NCBI GenBank assembly: GCA_036504255.1
Contig: DASXVL010000178.1
Span: 1-41,928 of the forward strand
From: Armatimonadota bacterium
GTDB lineage: Bacteria; Armatimonadota; Hebobacteria; CAIYQO01
Direction of reading: 5' to 3'
Length of the DNA: 41,928 nt
In this document: positions 1 through 7,626 of the stretch, in pieces
How the letters are laid out: every line of letters starts with the position of its first letter
How positions within the stretch are numbered: the first letter of the stretch is position 1
Notes under the pieces: model-generated
The model's input: only the letters and a program-made list of their open reading frames with translations
Told to the model about the DNA's origin: nothing
Database searches by the model: none
Position numbers and translations under genes: made by a program

Positions 1-51
1 ACGCCTGGTCCATCGCGGCATGGCAGGAGTTTTGAGTCGCGTATCGTGACT

Positions 52-80
52 TTGCCCACCTAATGCGTGCGATATATGCT
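52..80 (+). promoter_or_regulatory. candidate sigma70-type promoter for the pseudopilin operon
   Basis: TTGCCC (52-57), a 17-nt spacer, then TATGCT (75-80), about 90 nt upstream of the first ORF. Each hexamer matches consensus at only 4/6 positions. Confidence 0.25.
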
Positions 81-168
81 CATATGGGGTATAGTAAGAG
101 CGGGACAAGTGCTTAAGCATCCAACATAGAAACGATGAGTAGATTATTAACAACCATTTAGCCGTTGC

Positions 169-723
169 ATGTTATGCTTGCGACAAAGGTTGGTTGAGAC
201 AATGACATACCTGCATGCAAAACACCCGCTCATGATGAATGGCAGACGACGTGGTTTTACGTTAGTTGAGCTGCTGATCGCCGCGCTCATCGTGAGCCTC
301 GGGCTGATTGCGTTGAGTCAGCTCTATATCGCCGCCCTCTGGACCTTTCAGAAGGCGCGCTACACCGCGGTGGCGGTGGCCTATGCGCAGAAAGAAGTGG
401 AGACGCTGCAGTATTACGCGGATACCAGTTATCCGGCGCTGACCACCTCAACGACCACGCTGTCCACCTTGTACCTGACTCCCACCTACACGGTGACCGG
501 TACCTCCTCGGTGTATACCGTGCGCTCGAGTGTGGACGGTTTGCCGAGTGGGCTCTGCACCATGACCATTACGCCGGACCCCACGCTTTTGGGCACTACT
601 GCCGGGAAGAACCTCGCGAAGGTCACCATTGCCGTCACCTGGTCCGCCTCGGCATCCTCGAAACGCGGCCAGTCACCGGTCAACGTGATCACGTACGTGA
701 CCAAGCCGGCGGGAGGAACATAA
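169..723 (+). CDS. prepilin-type N-terminal cleavage/methylation domain protein (minor pilin / pseudopilin, PilV/GspI-like)
   Basis: Class III signal peptide motif RRRG|FTLVELLIAALIVSLGLIAL with Glu at +5, followed by a Thr/Ser-rich beta domain. The start is ambiguous: in-frame ATGs at 202 and 232 would give a short, typical leader (MMNGRRRG|F). Confidence 0.8.
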   Translation: MLCLRQRLVETMTYLHAKHPLMMNGRRRGFTLVELLIAALIVSLGLIALSQLYIAALWTFQKARYTAVAVAYAQKEVETLQYYADTSYPALTTSTTTLSTLYLTPTYTVTGTSSVYTVRSSVDGLPSGLCTMTITPDPTLLGTTAGKNLAKVTIAVTWSASASSKRGQSPVNVITYVTKPAGGT

Positions 724-725
724 TT

Positions 726-1454
726 ATGCGAAGACAACAGGGCATGACCGTCATCGAAATACTGACCGTCATGGCACTGATTATGGTGGTCAGTACCGTG
801 ATCTGCAAATTGTCGATGCAGGCGACGCAGATTTATCTCAATAAATCGGGGCATATCGGCCAACAGATGCAGCTCATGTTGGCCATCAAAAATATGCAGC
901 AAGACTTCCGTGAGGCGGTGGCGATCACCAATAACAACAACTCGACGTATTGGGTCACCATCACACCGCCCTTAAAAAGCACGCAGGCGGATGGCACGAC
1001 CAATGCCAACACCATTGGCTATACGACCGTCAATGGCGCGCAAATCTTGCAGCTCCAGACATCCGACGCGACGCATCCGCTCACCGCGCAACAGATTCAT
1101 TATTTTTTGGGGATGGCGGATGCGTCCCACCCCACCCCGGTTGCGGATGGCGATATGCTCTACCGCGCGGTGGGCGCAGCGGGTTCAGGCAACACGTTCC
1201 CCGCGGCGCAAAAGATGATCGAAGTGAAAAGCATCGACAAAAATCCGTTAGCCATTCATATGGACCGTGATACCAGTGATACGACGAAGCCGGTACCAAC
1301 GTTTATGCTCAATTCCAATAGCAATCCGAGTAATGCGAATAAATGCGTGACAGTCATGTTGACCATTCCCATTACCGACCATGCGAATAAGGACCTGGCG
1401 CAGGATCCCTATCGTACGTTGACGACCCGATTCTTCTGTCGGAATATTCAATAG
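726..1454 (+). CDS. pseudopilin-like protein with prepilin-type N-terminus
   Basis: N-terminus MRRQQG|MTVIEILTVMALIMVV (G-x-T-x-I-E pattern plus a hydrophobic helix). It starts 2 nt after the upstream stop, so it is in the same operon. Confidence 0.7.
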   Translation: MRRQQGMTVIEILTVMALIMVVSTVICKLSMQATQIYLNKSGHIGQQMQLMLAIKNMQQDFREAVAITNNNNSTYWVTITPPLKSTQADGTTNANTIGYTTVNGAQILQLQTSDATHPLTAQQIHYFLGMADASHPTPVADGDMLYRAVGAAGSGNTFPAAQKMIEVKSIDKNPLAIHMDRDTSDTTKPVPTFMLNSNSNPSNANKCVTVMLTIPITDHANKDLAQDPYRTLTTRFFCRNIQ

Positions 1455-1464
1455 GAGGGGTACC

Positions 1465-3120
1465 ATGCGTCTACGACGTCAACGACACGGATTCATCTTC
1501 GTCATGGCCATGGTCGCGATGCTGCTGATGCTGCTGACCGGCACGGTCTTTCTCAGTCTGGCCACGACGCAACTCTCCAATGCGAAGCGCGATCTGAACG
1601 CGCTCAAGGCCATTAGTCTGGCGGAAGGCGGTGTCAACTACGTCATGTGGTCGCGCACCACCCTTAATATCCCCGCCACCGTCGCCAACTCGCTGGGCAA
1701 TTTACGGCTGCTCGCATTTAACAGCGGTACGCAAATTACCCCCAACACCGGCGACAACACGAATCTAATCAGTTATTGGATCGGCAAGTATCCGGATTCC
1801 AGTACGGACGGCTATCAAATCGTCGCTATCGGCTCGGCCAACGGCTACAAGCGCTGTGTACGCGCCGTGTTCCAAGGAGATGCGGCAGGGTCGGGGTCAG
1901 GCTCCTTGACGACGGAAACGCAATATTTTGCGCGTACCTTTCACACCAACTCCAATTTCGCGTTCGACAGTGGGTGTACCATCGTCGGCAGCGGACAAGT
2001 CAATGGCAACCTGACGGTGACGGGCGGGGGAACGTTTGGCAGATCCGACCATACGGGGGGAGATATCGCGGTTGGCGGTGATTTTACCATGAGCGGCGGC
2101 GCCACCATGAACGGTATGGTGTCAGTGCATGGGAATTCGTACTTACAGAATGGTGGCGCGTTGGCCGGTGGCTTAAATGGCCTGGGGAGTGTCACGGTAT
2201 CCAATACCGGCGCGCACTTTACCAACATCACCGTGAATGGCAATGCGGTCGTACACGGCGGCAATATCGACGGGCCGTTAAAAGTCGGCGGCAACTTCAG
2301 CAATGATGGCTGGGGCAGCATCGATAGCGGCGTCTATTACGGCGGCAGCTACACGAATAACAAACAACAGTTTACGCATACGAAAACGGTCTTGCCGCAA
2401 CTCCCCGCCAGCACCGGGGCGGCGGTGCCCATTCCGACGATTGACACCGCCGCATATGGTTACAGTGTGAGTACGAGAGGCAGCTATACTGACCAAAGAT
2501 CCTCGTATAGCACCATCCTTCCCAGTAACTCAAACGTCAATCAGTCGCTCTTTGTGAATAATCCCGTGGCCTATTTCGATGGCAATCTCACCGTTCCCAC
2601 AGGTACGACCAACTATCCGACCGGCATGTACTGGTACGTCAACGGTGACCTGAACGATCTGTCTGGCTCGAGTACATGGAGTGGCAACAATATGGTCATT
2701 TACGCCAAGGGTAATATCAACATGGCGTCCACCAAGTTCAACGTGACGGGGAAAGTGATTATTGTGGCGGAAGGGAAAATCACCATTAACGGCGGCTTCA
2801 ATTTCGGCACATCCAATATCGTGCTCATGTCCACGTATGCCGCGCCGGCCGGTCAGTATAGCGTGTCGTTTGCCAATGGCGGTTATGCGACGAATGCGGA
2901 AGTGTATTGTCACAACGCCGCGGGCACCGCGTCCTTCTCCTCCACCGGCAACTGCAAAATCAATGGTTCAATCGTTGCGGATAAAGTGACATTCGCCGGC
3001 AGTTCCGGCATGTTCACCTATGCCCCGCCGGTGTACCCGTTCCTGCCTCCGGGCACAGGAGGAGGCGGTACGGTCAGTACGAATGCCTGGCAGGCGGCCT
3101 CCTGGGAAATACTCTACTAA
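1465..3120 (+). CDS. PilX-N-like pilus/pseudopilus-associated protein with a Gly/Asn-rich beta-helix repeat region
   Basis: N-terminus RRQRHGFIFVMAMVAMLLMLLTG is PilX/GspK-like, with no Glu at +5. The central region is repetitive, e.g. GQVNGNLTVTGGGTF..GGDIAVGGDFTMSGGATMNGMVSVHGNS..ITVNGNAVVHGGNIDGPLKVGGNFSNDG. It starts 10 nt after the upstream gene. Confidence 0.65.
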   Translation: MRLRRQRHGFIFVMAMVAMLLMLLTGTVFLSLATTQLSNAKRDLNALKAISLAEGGVNYVMWSRTTLNIPATVANSLGNLRLLAFNSGTQITPNTGDNTNLISYWIGKYPDSSTDGYQIVAIGSANGYKRCVRAVFQGDAAGSGSGSLTTETQYFARTFHTNSNFAFDSGCTIVGSGQVNGNLTVTGGGTFGRSDHTGGDIAVGGDFTMSGGATMNGMVSVHGNSYLQNGGALAGGLNGLGSVTVSNTGAHFTNITVNGNAVVHGGNIDGPLKVGGNFSNDGWGSIDSGVYYGGSYTNNKQQFTHTKTVLPQLPASTGAAVPIPTIDTAAYGYSVSTRGSYTDQRSSYSTILPSNSNVNQSLFVNNPVAYFDGNLTVPTGTTNYPTGMYWYVNGDLNDLSGSSTWSGNNMVIYAKGNINMASTKFNVTGKVIIVAEGKITINGGFNFGTSNIVLMSTYAAPAGQYSVSFANGGYATNAEVYCHNAAGTASFSSTGNCKINGSIVADKVTFAGSSGMFTYAPPVYPFLPPGTGGGGTVSTNAWQAASWEILY

Positions 3121-3125
3121 CGACA

Positions 3126-3160
3126 AGTCCCCCCTGAACAGCCTTGCCGGGGGGGCGACT
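3126..3160. terminator. hairpin between convergent genes (possible bidirectional terminator)
   Basis: AGTCCCCCC..(loop)..GGGGGGGCGACT with one bulge. It lies between the stop at 3120 (+) and the stop at 3179 (-). There is no clean U-tract. Confidence 0.35.
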
Positions 3161-3178
3161 TCTCGCCGAATGCTCAGG

Positions 3179-4240
3179 TTACAGGGAACGCTTGTCCGCG
3201 ATGAGGGTCAATTCATAATGAAGGTCGAGCGATGGGAGCAACGTCCGATCGTTATGACAGGCTGCCAGGCAGGCATCAACCACATCGCCATCATACAGCA
3301 TGTTCCTTTGCGGAATGATCTCCTGCAAAATATCTTCCGAGCTGAGCGCTTGTCGATAGGGCCGGTGCGAGGAGATCGCGTCCACCACGTCCGCTACCGC
3401 GATGATGCGCGCTTCCAAGAGGATATCGTTACCCGCCAGACCGTTCGGATATCCGGTACCGTTCAGGCGTTCATGGTGCTGCAGCACCGTCTGGGCCACC
3501 GGGCGGGGAAAGGGGATGGTACGCAACAGACTGTACCCGGCTTGCGGATGCGTCTTCACCAGCGCCATCTCGAGTTCGGTGAGTTTCCCCGGCTTCCATA
3601 AAATGTCGTCGGGCACCGATATTTTTCCGATATCGTGGAGCATGCCGATAGTACGAATGCCGGCAATCTGCTCCTGGGGTAATTCCAGGACACCGGCGAT
3701 GGCGCAGGCCAATTGGCTCACACGCCGGGAATGCCCGACGATCGAACTATCACGACGCTCGACCACGGCGGCGATGGCATTGACGGTTTGTTCCAGCACC
3801 TGCCCAACTTCGACGTTGCGTTCGGCCAGTTCGTCTTTCGTCGCCTGAAAATCACGCCGGACCTGCGTCTCATGTATCTCTCGAGCGATGGACGGCAGCA
3901 GGCGCCGCCAGTTGCCACGACAGATATAATCGCGTGCCCCGGCCTGCATGGCCGAGACCCCATGCTCCTCATCTTCGAGGTCGATGATCATGATACTCGG
4001 CAGATCAGGCGCCAGTTCCTTGAGCAACGCAATGGCCGCTAAACCGTTAAATAAGGCTGCCTCCGGCATGGCGACCAGCGCAACGTCCCACGCTTGTCCC
4101 GTCAGCGCCTCCAGCGTCGCCGCCGGGCAATCCACTTGTTTCCAGTCAGGACAATAGCCCCCGTGCAGTAGCACATCTACAAGACCTTTCGCGTCATCGT
4201 CGGAAGAATTTATCAGCAAGACGCGCAACGGTGTGCTCAT
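3179..4240 (-). CDS. HD-GYP domain protein (putative c-di-GMP phosphodiesterase) with an atypical N-terminal receiver-like domain
   Basis: HD motif MLHDIGKISVPD and HHERLNGTGYPNGL. The N-terminal about 120 aa is CheY-like in layout but lacks the canonical acceptor context. RBS AAGGA lies upstream of the ATG. Confidence 0.85.
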   Translation of the reverse strand: MSTPLRVLLINSSDDDAKGLVDVLLHGGYCPDWKQVDCPAATLEALTGQAWDVALVAMPEAALFNGLAAIALLKELAPDLPSIMIIDLEDEEHGVSAMQAGARDYICRGNWRRLLPSIAREIHETQVRRDFQATKDELAERNVEVGQVLEQTVNAIAAVVERRDSSIVGHSRRVSQLACAIAGVLELPQEQIAGIRTIGMLHDIGKISVPDDILWKPGKLTELEMALVKTHPQAGYSLLRTIPFPRPVAQTVLQHHERLNGTGYPNGLAGNDILLEARIIAVADVVDAISSHRPYRQALSSEDILQEIIPQRNMLYDGDVVDACLAACHNDRTLLPSLDLHYELTLIADKRSL

Positions 4241-4371
4241 AAGAGCATCCTTTCATAATACGGTATCGAGTAGCAGACCAACATGAGCCGGTACGGTGGT
4301 CGATGCCTACAATGCCAACGGCTATTTCGGTCACTGACCCTCTGGACAATGGAGTGAGCAGGTTACGCTGT

Positions 4372-5385
4372 TCATTGGGGGCAGAGCAGCGCACGCAATT
4401 GCGCGGTCTCGTGCGAGTCGGCTGTGCTCGTCAACAAATCGTTGGGCATACGACCATGCCCATCACAGATATCACCCCGCGCGCCGTTGGTGAGCAGTAC
4501 AGCAACCATCGACACGTGCTGCTGCAGCACGGCATTATGCAGCGCAGTCGCCCCTTCATCATCCTGGGCATCGATTTCGGCGCCATGTAGCAACAGTGTG
4601 CGCACCATTTCCTCGTCACCGAGGCGCGCCGCCGCGTGCAAGGGCGTGCCCCCCAGGCGGTCGCGCGTCTGCACATCCGCTCCCGAGGCTAGCAGGAAAT
4701 TCACCAAGCGTGCCGGACCGCGATTGACCGCCGAATGCAATGGCGTCTCACCGCGATGGTCGGCCAGCGTGAGGTCAGCCCCGTAGGAGAGCAACAGCAA
4801 GGCGACGGCAGTGTAGCCGTCTTCTACAGCGTAGTGTAAAGGGGTTGCGCCGCGATAGTCCCGTGCATTCACCGAGGCGCAATGCGCGAGCAACAAATCC
4901 GTAATCACGCCACCCCACCCGGCTTTCGCAGCACAGTGTAAGGGGGTGTGGCCGACGATATCGCGCGCATCGACGTCAGCCTGCCGCCGCAAGAGCAGAC
5001 GTGCGGTAGCGCTGTCACCGGTCCAGACGGCGTAATGGAGCGGCCATTGCTCTGCGTATTCAATGGTGTTGAGTGTCGCGTGTCGTCCAACGAGCGACGT
5101 CAAGGTTTGCAGCCGATGTTCAGACCCAGGTCGAAAAGTCACAGTATCCTCATGAGAATATTGATTGGGATGCGCTAACGTCATGACCATGCCCATGCTC
5201 CTTAACACGCGTTTATACATCGACGCGGTCGCGCGAATATGGTGGCCGCGAGCAGCCCGCGGATAACGGCGGTTGCTAGAGGGTCGGGGCGGAATCGGGT
5301 TCTGGCGTCTCACGACGGGGAAGCCGTCATCCAGCGGCTTCAGAACTACAGACTCCATCGTAACGCCGTGAGATGAAGCGCACAC
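4372..5385 (-). CDS. ankyrin-repeat protein
   Basis: About 6-7 tandem ANK repeats, e.g. G.TPLH.A...G......LLL..GA(D/S)V(N/D)A.D. Examples: GHTPLHCAAKAGWGGVITDLLLAHCASVNARD and GGTPLHAAARLGDEEMVRTLLLHGAEIDAQD. The N-terminal about 90 aa is Arg/Pro-rich and the true start is uncertain (GTG at 5385, ATG at 5358, or further in). Confidence 0.8.
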   Translation of the reverse strand: MCASSHGVTMESVVLKPLDDGFPVVRRQNPIPPRPSSNRRYPRAARGHHIRATASMYKRVLRSMGMVMTLAHPNQYSHEDTVTFRPGSEHRLQTLTSLVGRHATLNTIEYAEQWPLHYAVWTGDSATARLLLRRQADVDARDIVGHTPLHCAAKAGWGGVITDLLLAHCASVNARDYRGATPLHYAVEDGYTAVALLLLSYGADLTLADHRGETPLHSAVNRGPARLVNFLLASGADVQTRDRLGGTPLHAAARLGDEEMVRTLLLHGAEIDAQDDEGATALHNAVLQQHVSMVAVLLTNGARGDICDGHGRMPNDLLTSTADSHETAQLRALLCPQ

Positions 5386-5603
5386 ATCGTATGCTAATAA
5401 TTACTGACATAGCCAATGTGCGCAAGAGGAGAATCCCTACCCCGACAGGGCGAATTTTCGAATGCAGCAGGTGGAAATGGAGAATACAAAATACAAAAGG
5501 GGAAATAGCCGTCGTGGGCCAATTATAACAATCACTACGTCAAAATACACATTGTGCCATCTCTGCGGCCCCAACCCGTGGTATGAGAGCGAGATAACGC
5601 TGC

Positions 5604-6815
5604 ATGATTCATGCTCATTCCGATGAAGACTCCTTCGAAAAAGCCGGCTGCGGACCTCACAAGACCGATGAGTTCCCGGCTGCGCCCGCTGACCGTACCG
5701 TCGATCACGCCCCGTGTGCCGGCACTGCGCTCACCGGCGACCCGGGTCGGGGTGCCATTTCCGACCGGGAACTGGAAGCCCTCATCCATCAATGGCGTAC
5801 GACCATAGATGCGGTGAATGATGCCATTATGCTCGTCAATCTGGATGGGGAAATCTTACGGTGCAACGCCGCGATGGCGCAGTTTGCGCAACGTCCCTTC
5901 CAGGAGATGATCGGACAACGCTGCTATGAGCTGGTACATGGTTTGTCCGCGAACATGCACCATTGCCCGCTGCAGCGTCTGCTGGCTGGCGAGGCAACCG
6001 AGCCGATGGTCATACAACGCAACGGTCGCGACTACGAAGTCCGCATCGACCCGTTACGCGACGCGGACAACCGGATTATCGGTGGCGTGCATATCTTTAC
6101 CGATATCACGAAGCGCGAACGCACGCGCAAACAAATTCTGCGCTACCAGGGACAACTGCGTTCGCTTGCTGCGCAACTTTCGTTGACGGAGCAACGTGAG
6201 CGCGAGCGCCTGGCGACGGAACTGCACGAAACGCTGGGACAAACGCTCGCCTTCACCAAATTAAAGCTCGACTGTGCGGGGGCTATGCCGTGCACGCCGG
6301 AAGTCCTGGAGACGCTAAACGAAGTGCGCGAGTTGATCAGTCAGGCCATACGCTATACCCGTTCCCTGACCTTCGAACTCAGTCCCCCGTTCCTGGCCGA
6401 ACTGGGCTTATTCGCCGCCGCCGAGTGGCTGGCAGAATCCTTCTCGTCGCAACATGGCCTCGCCATCCAGGTCACCGGCGTGCAGGGCGCGTTACCGATT
6501 ACCGATGATGTCCGCGGGTTGCTCTTCCGTGCCGTACGCGAATTGCTCATCAACGTCATCAAACATGCCAGGGCGCACTCCGCCACGGTCAACATCGCCT
6601 GTGATTCCATCGCGGTCACCGTCACGGTGTCCGATGATGGGACGGGTTTTGACCTATGCGAGGCAGAACGCTCCTTTGCCGGAAAAGGAAAGTATGGGCT
6701 GTTCAATTTACGCGAGCGCTTGACCTCACTGGGCGGCGACACCCGTATCATGACGCAACCTGATCATGGCACCCGTATTGTGTTAGTGGCGCCGATCGCG
6801 CAAACATTGCCGTAA
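5604..6815 (+). CDS. PAS-domain sensor histidine kinase, HisKA_3 (NarX/DegS-like) type
   Basis: PAS-like region WRTTIDAVNDAIMLVNLDGEILRCN...IFTDITKRE. H-box LATELHETLGQTL. HATPase_c elements ELLINVIKHA, VSDDGTGF and GKYGLFNLRERL. Confidence 0.85.
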   Translation: MIHAHSDEDSFEKAGCGPHKTDEFPAAPADRTVDHAPCAGTALTGDPGRGAISDRELEALIHQWRTTIDAVNDAIMLVNLDGEILRCNAAMAQFAQRPFQEMIGQRCYELVHGLSANMHHCPLQRLLAGEATEPMVIQRNGRDYEVRIDPLRDADNRIIGGVHIFTDITKRERTRKQILRYQGQLRSLAAQLSLTEQRERERLATELHETLGQTLAFTKLKLDCAGAMPCTPEVLETLNEVRELISQAIRYTRSLTFELSPPFLAELGLFAAAEWLAESFSSQHGLAIQVTGVQGALPITDDVRGLLFRAVRELLINVIKHARAHSATVNIACDSIAVTVTVSDDGTGFDLCEAERSFAGKGKYGLFNLRERLTSLGGDTRIMTQPDHGTRIVLVAPIAQTLP

Positions 6816-6832
6816 ACGAAGGGGATTGTACC

Positions 6833-7489
6833 ATGCTCATACGCGTTCTCCTGGTTGATGATCACCGCTTGATGCGTGAAGGGTTACGTTCCCTACTGGA
6901 GACCCAAGACGATGTGAAGGTAATCGGGCAAGCGGATAATGGCCGCACGGCCGTACAACTCGCACGGGAGCTACACCCGACTGTCGTCATTATGGACGTG
7001 ACCATGCCCGAGCTCAACGGCATCGAAGCCACGCGCCAGATTCTCCAGGAGTCACCGGACACAAAAGTCATCGCCCTCACCATGCATTCCGACCCCCGCT
7101 ACGTCGCGGAAATGTTAAAAGCAGGCGCCCTCGGGTATGTCTTGAAAGATTCCGTCTTTGAGGAGCTCCGTTTAGCCTTGCAGCAGGTCATCACCAATCA
7201 ACCGTATTTTAGCGCACGCATCGCCAGTATCGTCCTTGAAGGCTATCTCTGCAATCAATCATCGCAGACGCATCCCCCGGTTTACCGGCTCCTCACTGCC
7301 CGTGAGCGTGAAGTGTTGCAACTCCTCGCCGAGGGCAAGGCCACCAAGGAAATCGCCCTGACGCTCACGGTGAGTACGAAAACCGTGGAGAAACATCGAC
7401 AGCAAATCATGGAAAAGTTGGAGCTGCACAGTGTGGCGGAATTGACGCGTTATGCCATTCGCGAGGGACTGGTGCCGCTTGACAATTGA
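6833..7489 (+). CDS. NarL/FixJ-family response regulator (REC + LuxR-type HTH)
   Basis: Receiver elements VLLVDDH, VVIMDVTMPELNG, VIALTMH and GYVLKD. C-terminal LuxR HTH LTAREREVLQLLAEGKATKEIALTLTVSTKTVEKHRQQIMEKL. It starts 17 nt after the kinase gene. Confidence 0.9.
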   Translation: MLIRVLLVDDHRLMREGLRSLLETQDDVKVIGQADNGRTAVQLARELHPTVVIMDVTMPELNGIEATRQILQESPDTKVIALTMHSDPRYVAEMLKAGALGYVLKDSVFEELRLALQQVITNQPYFSARIASIVLEGYLCNQSSQTHPPVYRLLTAREREVLQLLAEGKATKEIALTLTVSTKTVEKHRQQIMEKLELHSVAELTRYAIREGLVPLDN

Positions 7490-7528
7490 GCCCTCCCTCG
7501 TTTGTTGAAATAACGGACAAACGCGCCT

Positions 7529-7557
7529 TTGACAGCAGCGCACATACACCGTAAGAT
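7529..7557 (+). promoter_or_regulatory. candidate sigma70 promoter of the hydrogenase operon
   Basis: TTGACA (7529-7534), a 17-nt spacer, then TAAGAT (7552-7557), about 70 nt upstream of the hydB start. AAGGGA RBS lies before the ATG at 7627. Confidence 0.5.
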
Positions 7558-7626
7558 CGAGTCCAATCCCGTCATATCAAGATTTATTACCGCAACCGAC
7601 CGCAGGACACGAGAAAGGGACAGGCC

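Noticed and set aside
5484-5498. Tandem ATACAAA ATACAAAA in the divergent ankyrin/kinase promoter region.
   Set aside because: There are only two short copies in an A-rich stretch. That is not enough to call an operator or a repeat element.
7498-7525. Short stem CGTTTGT..ACAAACG just after the LuxR-type gene.
   Set aside because: It is a 7-bp stem with an 11-nt loop and no T-run. That is too weak to call a terminator.
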